The translations under genes were made by a program, and so were the position numbers. This document shows, piece by piece, positions 41,427-49,732 of a stretch of 64,000 bases of DNA. The notes beneath the pieces were generated by a model. That model saw only the letters and a list, made by a program, of their open reading frames with translations, was not told the origin of the DNA and made no database searches. Numbering within the stretch: the first letter of the stretch is position 1; each line of letters opens with the position of its first letter. This DNA comes from Terriglobia bacterium (lineage in GTDB: Bacteria; Acidobacteriota; Terriglobia; 2-12-FULL-54-10). Where the stretch lies: the NCBI GenBank assembly GCA_963666975.2, contig CAXVYR010000002.1, positions 224,001 through 288,000 on the forward strand. The letters run 5' to 3'.

Positions 41427-41651
41427 CTATACCCGCCGCGCCGATGCGGCTTTCAGCCGGCCCTTCGTATCTTCAGACTGGCTTTGCCGCTCCATCCACC
41501 GGTCCAGTGTAGTCTTCTTAAAGCGCCAGCGGTTGCCCAGCTTAAAAGCAGGAACTTTCGCCGCCGAGAGGTACTTGTACAAAGTATCCGGAGAGATGCC
41601 GAGATACTGGGAAGCCTGGCGGATATTCATCACTTCGCGTGGGTCAAGCAT
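41427..41651 (-). CDS. Excisionase-type HTH (HTH_17) DNA-binding protein leading the pil operon
   Basis: VMNIRQASQYLGISPDTLYKY...VPAFKLGNRWRFKK; start uncertain. Confidence 0.85.
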   Translation of the reverse strand: MLDPREVMNIRQASQYLGISPDTLYKYLSAAKVPAFKLGNRWRFKKTTLDRWMERQSQSEDTKGRLKAASARRV

Positions 41652-41976
41652 AGAATCAGCATCTCCCTTGGTTTCTGCTATGACTGCTGTTCGCAACGTC
41701 TCAATCTTTACCGTCACTCAAATTCAACTAAATTTCAGATGCTTTCCAATTCAGACTTCCAGGGTTAGATAGCCATTTTTCTTTAGGCTCGTCAAGTCGA
41801 TTCTGGGTAGTTCATATCTCCAAGGCAGGCTTTTACCCGTGAGTTCTCGCCACCTCCTCCATAGAAGTGCTAAATCTTGAGTGTTTTAGCGGGTTGACCC
41901 CTATGTACGTCGTCAGATAATGTTGGACACAGAGCATAAAAAGATAAGGTGGCGTTCAGGCTCCTCTGGGTTGATG

Positions 41977-42960
41977 TTAGGCTGCCCTTCTTTTGAAGTG
42001 CAACCGTTTTCTTAAGATCATAGTTTTCTCTTTGATGCGATCCCGTTTTTGCAGGATGGCACTGCCTTGGCCTGTAAAAACGTCATACGGTGTCAGGTTG
42101 TTCAGGCTTTCATGGTATCGGTTGGTGTTGTAGTGGTTGACGAAGGCATCGATCTGCCGCTCCAGCTCTTCTGGCAGGTAATAGTTGTTGAGCAGGATGC
42201 GGTCTTTCAGAGTTCGGTGCCAGCGTTCGATCTTGCCCTGCGTCATGGGGTGATAGGGCTTGCCGCGAGTATGCGGCACGCTGTTTTCTGCCAGCCATGA
42301 TTGCAGTTCGGAAGAGACGTAGCACGGCCCGTTGTCGCTCAGGAGGCGAGGTCTGTGCCGGGCGCCCACGCGGTCGAGGCCGGTGGCTTGCAAAGCATCC
42401 CGCAACGTGGCCGAGACGTCACTTGCGCTCATGGTTTTGCACAGCCGCCAGGCGATGATATAGCGCGAGAAGTCGTCCAGCACCGTGGACAGGTAGAACC
42501 AGCCCCAACCGATGACTTTCAGGTAGGTGAAGTCGGTCTGCCAGAGCTGGTTGACCGCCGTGGTCGGGTTGGCGAACCGTTCCGCCGCTTTCAGGACAAT
42601 AAAGGCTGGCGCGGTAATCAGGTCATGGCTTTTCAGGACGCGGTAAACCGTCGATTCAGAAAGGTAATACCGCCTTTCCTCGGTAAAACGCACCGCCAGC
42701 TCGCGTGACGACAGATCGGGCTCGGCCAGGGCTAACGTCACCAACTGCTGAGTTATCTCCTCCGGCACCTTGTTCCAGACAGGGCCAGGATCGGGTTTTT
42801 TGTCTTCCAGCCCATCAAAGCCTTCCGACACATAGCGGTCGTACCAGTTGTAAAACGTCGATCTGGGAATGCCAACCTGCTGCAGCGTCCGGCGCACCCC
42901 CAGGGCAGATTGCTCCACCGTGCAGATGATCTCCAGCTTCTCCGAGGCAGGGTATCTCAT
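41977..42960 (-). CDS. IS3-family transposase OrfB (integrase core)
   Basis: WQTDFTY, LSDNG, QGKIERWH. Confidence 0.92.
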   Translation of the reverse strand: MRYPASEKLEIICTVEQSALGVRRTLQQVGIPRSTFYNWYDRYVSEGFDGLEDKKPDPGPVWNKVPEEITQQLVTLALAEPDLSSRELAVRFTEERRYYLSESTVYRVLKSHDLITAPAFIVLKAAERFANPTTAVNQLWQTDFTYLKVIGWGWFYLSTVLDDFSRYIIAWRLCKTMSASDVSATLRDALQATGLDRVGARHRPRLLSDNGPCYVSSELQSWLAENSVPHTRGKPYHPMTQGKIERWHRTLKDRILLNNYYLPEELERQIDAFVNHYNTNRYHESLNNLTPYDVFTGQGSAILQKRDRIKEKTMILRKRLHFKRRAA

Positions 42961-43328
42961 GTATGTTCCTCCCCATCCCCGATCACGCTTTTTTTTAGCA
43001 GGCGATTTTCCAGCATAGCCTCGGCCAGGGCCTCTTTCAGCTGTACGGCCTGCTCCCGCAGAGTCTTGACTTCGCCACTGGTTGCCTCACGGTCTATGTC
43101 GCCCGCCAGCCGCTTGCGGCCAGCCTCCAGAAACTCCTTGCTCCAGCGGTAATACTGGTTCTGGTGCAGCCCCTCGCGGCGGCACAGCTCCGCGATGCTG
43201 TCCTCGCCGCGAAGTCCCTGCAATACAATGCGGATTTTGTCTTCCGGGCTGAACCTGCGCCGCGTCCTGCGTTTGATCTCCCGGACGGCCTTCTCGACCG
43301 CCCCCCTGTCGTCTTGTTTTTGTCTCAT
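42957..43328 (-). CDS. IS3-family transposase OrfA
   Basis: HTH SIAELCRREG...YYRW; ENRLLKKS. Confidence 0.9.
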   Translation of the reverse strand: MRQKQDDRGAVEKAVREIKRRTRRRFSPEDKIRIVLQGLRGEDSIAELCRREGLHQNQYYRWSKEFLEAGRKRLAGDIDREATSGEVKTLREQAVQLKEALAEAMLENRLLKKSVIGDGEEHT

Positions 43329-43447
43329 CTTCGTTCCTTTCAGTCTCTACGATGAGCCAAAAACATCACCTTAACTATTACCCTCTACCTGTCCAACAAG
43401 CCCTGACGGGGCACATAGCCCATAGATTTGCTACAAAACTTTCGGGA

Positions 43448-43578
43448 TGTCATACCAAGGGTCTGCCCTGAGTTTGCCGAAGGGGCCGATGCTTTTCGGC
43501 CCGAAGAATCTGCTCGTCCGAGTGGCTTCCACTCCAAACGAAAGACAAGCAGATCCTTCGCGTTGCTCAGGATGACAG
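43448..43578. repeat. REP-like palindromic repeat
   Basis: TGTCAT...GAATCTGCT...AGCAGATCCTTCGCGTTGCTCAGGATGACA; related to 736-854. Confidence 0.65.
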
Positions 43579-43683
43579 CAAAAGCGGCGCTTGCCTCTCC
43601 CGCTCCGGGTACGGTCTACGGAAACCATAAAACAGGTATAGCTTCAGGCTTCAATGTGCAGTAAGGGGATGAAGAAGAAAATG

Positions 43684-43746
43684 AGGCGCTGACGGACCGA
43701 TAGGCATGGGAAGTCGGCTATCGCGCAGCAGCCCGTCAGCGCCTCC
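43684..43746 (-). terminator. Long hairpin downstream of the amidohydrolase gene
   Basis: GAGGCGCTGACGG...CCGTCAGCGCCTC followed by a T-rich tract on the minus strand. Confidence 0.55.
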
Positions 43747-43767
43747 ATAAAATGAAGCTTGCCCCGC

Positions 43768-45612
43768 TTATCGAAACTTCACATAGAATTCCTTGGAGTT
43801 GGTCTTTCCCCACGCAGGAGCGCGATGGACTACGCGAACCAGGGAGGTTCCAACCGATTTCACCAGATTGGCGGGCACGGTGGCCCGCAGCTCGGTGGAA
43901 CTCACCAACTCGGTCCGCAACTGGGTGTCCTCGAATTGGATGATGGAACTGGAGACGAACTCCTTGCCCCTGACGGTCAGCGTGAAATCATCGCTGCCCT
44001 CGACAATAACTTGAGGCGCGATCGAGGTGATGTGGGTCGGCAACTCGCTGATCACCCAATCTCCGAAAGTGAGCGCGTATTCCCATCGTGTGGGAATCGG
44101 GTTGGTAAAATCGTAATGGTAGCCGGTCTGCATTTCCTTGCCGTCTTTCATCACGGCCTCAAGCGAATTTTTGAAGGCGAGAATATCCCTCAGGGGATCT
44201 TGTCCGAGGATCAGAAGGTCGGCCAGCTTGCCTGCCTCGAGCGTTCCCAAGTCCTCGTCTTGCTGGAGAAGCTCCGCCGCCCATAGGGTGGCTGCCTGGA
44301 TGGCCTGCATGTTCGTCAGCCCGGCATCCACCAGGATTTGCATCTCCCGCCGGACGCCCATGCCGGGGAACATGGTGGCATGATAGGGCGAGGTCGTGTC
44401 CATCCCGGTGGAAATCTTGCCGCCAGCATCGACGAACGTTTTGGTAAACCACAGGTAGTTTTGGTAGCCCTTTTTCATCAAAGCCAGCTCGTCGGGCGTG
44501 AACTGGTCCAGGAGCGTGTAATCCAGGATGTTCATGCGAAAACGATCGGGGATGTAGTGCAGGTTGGGGTTGTTGAACAACTCCAGGTCCTCCGCCCGCC
44601 ATTCCTCCATATGGTCGTTGACCTGCCGGAACATATATCCAATGCAGGATTCAATGAAGACCTCTTCCCGAACCAAAAGGTCGATCAGGTCGCGGGCCAG
44701 GTCCCGGTCCATCAACCCGAACGACATAATCCGTCGCGGGTCCTCGATGGCGAGAGGATATTCGTTGAAATCGGGATTGGGACCCCATAGCTCTGTCTTG
44801 CTGTTCCAGGGGCGCCCGCTCTCCGGAAAAGCGACCCGCAACCTGCCGGTATCAAAGATTCGCATATCGGGTATTTTTGCCAGGTCTGCGGGCTTGAGCA
44901 TGTCCGGGACAGGCAACCCGGTGGCGTGCGCCAGGTTGTCGATGCCTGCCAAGGCTGCTTCCTTGGCGCTCATTCCGATGTGCCCGGAAACAAACAATCC
45001 CCGCTGGTGAGCACGGCGAGTGATGGCGGCCAGAACCTGCGGAGTAACGCTTGTATATACCTTAATGATCTTGGAGCCTCTGTCCGCCAGCCCGTCCACC
45101 TGCCTCATGGCTTCTTCCGGGTCGTGGACCTGGTCGTTGGCGCCCATGTAGATGCCGCCGATGGTTCCCTGGCTGAGGAAAAACCGCGGGCCATAGATCT
45201 TGCCGCTGTTGATGCCCTCCATCTGCGCGTTCAGCCAGGGGCCGCCTCCGTAGCCCAGTACCGAGGTCACGCCGTTGGTGATGAGCAGTTCCGGAAACCA
45301 GTTGCGGTAATGCGTGTGGGTGTCCCAGAGCCCGGGGGTGATGTATTTTCCGCGGGCATTAATCACTCTTGCGCCAGCCGGAGGTGTTCCCCCCTGGGAA
45401 ATCGACCGGATTCGGTTGCCGTCGATCACGATCAAGGAATTTGTGAGGGGAGCGCCGCCATTGCCGTCTATGAGGGTTCCTCCTTGGATAGCCGTCACAT
45501 TTTGCTGGGCCATAACCGCAGGCCCTCCCTGCGCGGCAAAAACGCAAACAGCTAGAATCAGGCTCCATTGCAAAACCGCTCTGGACGGAGCAAGTAATCG
45601 GATGGCTTTCAT
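43768..45612 (-). CDS. Secreted amidohydrolase-1 family protein with C-terminal IPT/TIG-like domain
   Basis: PGLWDTHTH, IIKVY, GTLEAGKLADL; C-terminal ITSIAP..TLTVRGKEF. Confidence 0.88.
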   Translation of the reverse strand: MKAIRLLAPSRAVLQWSLILAVCVFAAQGGPAVMAQQNVTAIQGGTLIDGNGGAPLTNSLIVIDGNRIRSISQGGTPPAGARVINARGKYITPGLWDTHTHYRNWFPELLITNGVTSVLGYGGGPWLNAQMEGINSGKIYGPRFFLSQGTIGGIYMGANDQVHDPEEAMRQVDGLADRGSKIIKVYTSVTPQVLAAITRRAHQRGLFVSGHIGMSAKEAALAGIDNLAHATGLPVPDMLKPADLAKIPDMRIFDTGRLRVAFPESGRPWNSKTELWGPNPDFNEYPLAIEDPRRIMSFGLMDRDLARDLIDLLVREEVFIESCIGYMFRQVNDHMEEWRAEDLELFNNPNLHYIPDRFRMNILDYTLLDQFTPDELALMKKGYQNYLWFTKTFVDAGGKISTGMDTTSPYHATMFPGMGVRREMQILVDAGLTNMQAIQAATLWAAELLQQDEDLGTLEAGKLADLLILGQDPLRDILAFKNSLEAVMKDGKEMQTGYHYDFTNPIPTRWEYALTFGDWVISELPTHITSIAPQVIVEGSDDFTLTVRGKEFVSSSIIQFEDTQLRTELVSSTELRATVPANLVKSVGTSLVRVVHRAPAWGKTNSKEFYVKFR

Positions 45613-45670
45613 TAGTTTTCCCTCCCCATTTATCTGGCCCCTTTTATGGTTGCCCTTTCTATTTATCTCA

Positions 45671-47554
45671 CTACCAACCGGCGGGAATCTTCTCCGTCCA
45701 GGTCGTCGCGCCCACGGCCTCCATTCCGGCCTCGCCGGCCAGCGAGGAAGTCAGGTGGACCACCTTGCCGCCCACCGAGGTCATCAGCACTTGAATGTCT
45801 GGAATCTGATCCTCCGGGATGGTCAGGAAATCCTTGTCCAGCACGATGAAGTCTGCAAACTTGCCGGGCTCCAGCGTTCCCATGCGGTCCTCGCGCAGCA
45901 CGTAGTACGCCCCCCAGCGTGTGAGCGCCTTCAACTGAATGATCCGGTCCGTCCTTTGATCCGGCCCGTAGACGCGCTTGTCAAAGTCGTGGTACCGGTT
46001 GATTCCCTTCAGGACAAAGAAAAAGATTTTTTGCGGCAGAGGACGGTCGATCTCGAAGCTGGTCCGGACGCCCGCATCGGTCAAAGCCTTGCGCGGCACC
46101 ACCCAACTGGTGTACTCCACACCGTACTGTTTGGCGATGAGCGAGGCCCCGCGGTGGGGCTCCCACAGATTGGTGTTGATCTCGCTCGCCATCATCCCCA
46201 GCCGCTTCATGCGGGGAATCTGGTCCGGCCGCGGCGCGCCTTCGCCGTGGTCAAAGGCGTGGCGTTTGGCGCGGATTTGCTCCAGGGTAAAGCCCGCTCT
46301 GCGGCTCGCTTCTTCAATGGCGTCCATGTAATAGTCAATGTCCTTGTCTCCGCCCGTATGCATGGTGGCGACTCGCATGCCGTTTTCGATGATCCGCTCC
46401 AGGGTCTCTCTTCCTGGCGAGCCGGGAGCGAAATTGCAGCGGGCGGGGCCTCCATAGGTGTATTGCTTCTGGAGTTGTTCCCACTCCGCCCGCACGGGAA
46501 TGCTCATGCAACGGCTTCCGACCGCCCCCCACGCTCCCACCAGCCAGAGATGGTCGGTGCCGTGTCCCACCATGCCGGACAGGTACCGCAAGATATCGGT
46601 GCTCCAGTCGGGCCCCGTGTAGCCCCATGCGAAACGAGCAGGCATCTCTCCCCTCTTGTCCAGGTAATCCAGGGCCTGAAAGTTGTGATAGGCGTAAGGG
46701 GACGACCCGAAGGTCGTGATCCCGTAGCGCGCCCACAACTCCATTTCAGCCTTGAGAATCGCTGCCAGCAGCGGTGTCTTCCCCTTGAACATCGCATCCG
46801 GTTCCATCGGCCGGCTGAAGCCGCCGCCCGCTTGCAAAAATTGTTCGGCACTCTGTTCACCTGCGTTGCCCGTCATCACGGAAAGCGTGGGATGGACCGA
46901 GCGCAGCTCGTCAATGGCTTTCTGGTTTACCACGGAGGTGATAAACCCGTTTTTCACCTTCACCGGGTTGTCGGGAGCCAACTGATCGAGATATTCCTTT
47001 CTGATGCTGTCGCGAAACAGCGCTCCCATCTCTAGCGCCCACTCATATTCGAGCCCCCAGTTGAAGCTGATCAGAATCCATTGTCCCGGCTTCGCCTTGG
47101 CCACCGCCTCCTGCATCACGGTCTCAAAACGCGCCAGCTGTTCTTTCGGCGGAATGCTCGGCAGCCAGCGGTGGATCACCATGTCGTCGTTCGGCAGGAC
47201 GTGCGTGATGGCCCGGGGCTCCTGAAACATCCAGTCGGTGGGATGTTCGTGCGTCAGGATCAGGCTTGGAAGAACGGTTCTCCCCTTGAGGTCAATGGAT
47301 CGGGTCTCGGGTCCGGCCAGAGGCCGGATAGCGTCGTTGCTTCCCGTGGCCAGAATTTTCCCGTCCCGAACCGCCATCGCCTGGGTGATGGTCCCTACGC
47401 GGGACTCGAAGGAGTCATCATCCATCGACACAATTTTTCCGTTGTGGAGGATCATCTGGGGATAACCCAGCTTGGAGGCAATGTCCGCCTGCTGGGCCCA
47501 CCCCGCCTGCAACCCGAGAACAAGCGTCAAAACTGCGGTTAAAGCCTTTTTCAT
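45671..47554 (-). CDS. Secreted amidohydrolase-3 family protein
   Basis: Third paralog; THEHP, GTLEPGKFADFIVL; start set at MKKALT signal peptide. Confidence 0.88.
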   Translation of the reverse strand: MKKALTAVLTLVLGLQAGWAQQADIASKLGYPQMILHNGKIVSMDDDSFESRVGTITQAMAVRDGKILATGSNDAIRPLAGPETRSIDLKGRTVLPSLILTHEHPTDWMFQEPRAITHVLPNDDMVIHRWLPSIPPKEQLARFETVMQEAVAKAKPGQWILISFNWGLEYEWALEMGALFRDSIRKEYLDQLAPDNPVKVKNGFITSVVNQKAIDELRSVHPTLSVMTGNAGEQSAEQFLQAGGGFSRPMEPDAMFKGKTPLLAAILKAEMELWARYGITTFGSSPYAYHNFQALDYLDKRGEMPARFAWGYTGPDWSTDILRYLSGMVGHGTDHLWLVGAWGAVGSRCMSIPVRAEWEQLQKQYTYGGPARCNFAPGSPGRETLERIIENGMRVATMHTGGDKDIDYYMDAIEEASRRAGFTLEQIRAKRHAFDHGEGAPRPDQIPRMKRLGMMASEINTNLWEPHRGASLIAKQYGVEYTSWVVPRKALTDAGVRTSFEIDRPLPQKIFFFVLKGINRYHDFDKRVYGPDQRTDRIIQLKALTRWGAYYVLREDRMGTLEPGKFADFIVLDKDFLTIPEDQIPDIQVLMTSVGGKVVHLTSSLAGEAGMEAVGATTWTEKIPAGW

Positions 47555-48143
47555 AAAACGTAACCCCTTAATGTTGAAATTGACGGGCCGGCCAAGTTTT
47601 GAAAAAGCCATTACCCAATCCCCAGAAATCCTTCCAGGGTAGCGCATGTCTTTGTCTGATGCCGATGAGCTATCCGCAGAGACTAAGTCCTATGCTTCCT
47701 CTTTGTCAAGCTCTCTCTACTCATGCTGAAAAGCCTTTGCGCGGACTCCAAATTTAAGCACTATTTAAGCGATGCCGCTTCCTGGAATGCCCTGGCCGTT
47801 GCCTGTTTTCTGCTTCTGCCCTCCGGGGTGCAAGCGGGATTCGGCAGGCTGGAGCAGGCCGCAAAAAAACCCAGAGTAGTGAAACCCTTCAGGAAGAGGT
47901 ATGATATTGTCCTCTTTCCAATTAGACGCAAAAAGGGGAGAAGTCATGTCACCGAGAATAGCGCCGGGCACGGTGGAGGTAGCCCGCTCGCAGCTTCTGC
48001 AGAGAGACGAAGCGGACGAGGCTGTGCGGATCACTGCGCGGAAAATTAGGGATTGAGTAATCTCCCTGTGCTGGGCAATAATAAGCGGCATCCCCAATTC
48101 CATCGAAGCGCTGCGCCGAAGCAAAAAATGGAAGGGTGGAACC

Positions 48144-48740
48144 GTGACAGAGACAAAGATGACCGAAGATGCGCGAATATATGTTGTGAGAACTATCGGA
48201 CTTGCCGGCCTGCTGCTTTGCCTCAGTGGATTCCTCCGCGCACAGTCTGATCCTAATGCCTTGCCGGAAGGCGATGGCAAAGAGTTGGTGGCGGTGGCCT
48301 GCACGCAATGCCATAGCCTGAGCCCCATCCGCATGCTGCGGGACGGCCGCGAAGGCTGGAAAGAGATGGTCCATGAGATGGTCCTCCGTGGAGCGCAGCT
48401 CGGACCGGAAGAAGCCGATACCGTCATTCGTTATCTCGCGCGGAACTTCGGCCCCGGTTTGAGCCCGATGCAGACCGGAACCCTGCCTCCGGAGACGGCG
48501 CTGGGCAGCGGGAGCGGAGCGGAGTCAGGGGACACGGTGTCGCTGCCTCCCGGCGAGGGCAAGGACATGGTCGAGGCGCGCTGCCAGCTTTGCCATGATC
48601 TCGGAAGGGTCGTCACGGCCCGAAGAAGCAGGGCGGAGTGGGAGCAGATCACGAAGAACATGGTGGGGCGGGGGCCGACGGCCACGCCGGAACAGATACA
48701 GACGATGGTCTCTTATCTGAGCGCGCAGTTTGGCAAATAG
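48144..48740 (+). CDS. Periplasmic diheme c-type cytochrome (two duplicated domains)
   Basis: Signal peptide; LPEGDGKELV..CTQCH...W..MV..M and LPPGEGKDMV..CQLCH...W....NM. Confidence 0.88.
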   Translation: MTETKMTEDARIYVVRTIGLAGLLLCLSGFLRAQSDPNALPEGDGKELVAVACTQCHSLSPIRMLRDGREGWKEMVHEMVLRGAQLGPEEADTVIRYLARNFGPGLSPMQTGTLPPETALGSGSGAESGDTVSLPPGEGKDMVEARCQLCHDLGRVVTARRSRAEWEQITKNMVGRGPTATPEQIQTMVSYLSAQFGK

Positions 48741-48970
48741 GCGGGCCTAAATCGCGGGGTTTCCGGAAAGGGATTGGCCTGAGGCTCAAACCTCGGGAAT
48801 GAGGACCTGAATGCATAGTTCCCAATCGGTTGAATTCGGCATTGCACGGGGCAACCTTTGGGCCAAAAAGTGAATCAGAAGACAATCGAGCGGGGAATAC
48901 ATTCTTCCGCCTTCCGCAGCACGTTCCTGAATCCAGTATGAGTCCTATGTCGGAAGTAAATGGCAAATAT

Positions 48971-49732
48971 ATGATTGAGGCCCAAGGCCTCAGCAAGTTT
49001 TACGGCAGCTTCGCGGCGATCCGCGATGTATCGTTCGCAGTGCCCCGCGCCCAGGTAGCGGCTTTCCTCGGACCCAACGGGGCCGGCAAATCCACCACCT
49101 TAAAGATTCTCACCGGTTTCCTGACGCCCAGCGACGGCACGGCCCGCATCGCCGGTTTGGACGTGGCTGCCCACCGCATTGAAGCTGCCTCGCGGGTCGG
49201 ATACTTGCCGGAAAACGGACCGCTCTATCCTGAGATGACGCCGCTCGAGCTGCTGGAATTCTTCGGCGAGGCTCGCGGGCTGCCCAGCGGCCGGTTGAAG
49301 AGCCGCATCGAGGCCGTTGTCCAGCAGTGCCAGTTGCAGGCGGTGATTGAGAAGAGCATCTTCAAATTGTCGAGAGGATACCGCCAGCGAGTCGGAATGG
49401 CGCAGGCCTTGCTGCATGAACCCGACATTCTCATCATGGACGAGCCGACCAGCGGCCTCGATCCCAACCAGATTCGCGAAGTCAGGGAACTGATCCGCCG
49501 TCTCGCGGCCAGCAAAACGATCCTTATTTCCACGCATATTCTGCGAGAGGTTGAAGCCGTGGCCAGCCACGTGATTCTGGTCGATGAAGGACGCGTGGTT
49601 TTTGACGGAACACCGGCTGAGATGGCTGCGGGGCAGAGTCTCGATGAAGCCTTCTACCGGCTGACCGGCAAGGTTTCCGGTTCCGCGCCCAGCCGTACCC
49701 CGGCCCAGGCTGCCCCGGAGGTTCAAAGATGA
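48971..49732 (+). CDS. ABC ATP-binding protein (GldA-like)
   Basis: GPNGAGKST, LSRGYRQR, DEPTSGLDP; start uncertain. Confidence 0.92.
   Translation: MIEAQGLSKFYGSFAAIRDVSFAVPRAQVAAFLGPNGAGKSTTLKILTGFLTPSDGTARIAGLDVAAHRIEAASRVGYLPENGPLYPEMTPLELLEFFGEARGLPSGRLKSRIEAVVQQCQLQAVIEKSIFKLSRGYRQRVGMAQALLHEPDILIMDEPTSGLDPNQIREVRELIRRLAASKTILISTHILREVEAVASHVILVDEGRVVFDGTPAEMAAGQSLDEAFYRLTGKVSGSAPSRTPAQAAPEVQR

Larger units (their letters stand above)
41904..43415 (-). mobile_element. IS3-family insertion sequence
   Basis: IRs TGTGCCCCGTCAGGGCTTGTTGGACA vs TGTACGTCGTCAGATAATGTTGGACA; orfA/orfB with A8G slippery site near 42988-42997. Confidence 0.9.

Noticed and set aside
41427-41651. Prophage excisionase or phage boundary
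   Set aside because: No integrase or phage genes nearby; it sits 20 bp upstream of pilM, co-oriented, as a probable operon regulator
45314-47035. Long 573-aa plus-strand ORF and similar antisense ORFs (35454-36647, 33300-34376, 59327-60625)
   Set aside because: Shadow frames opposite well-supported GC-rich genes, with no recognisable motifs
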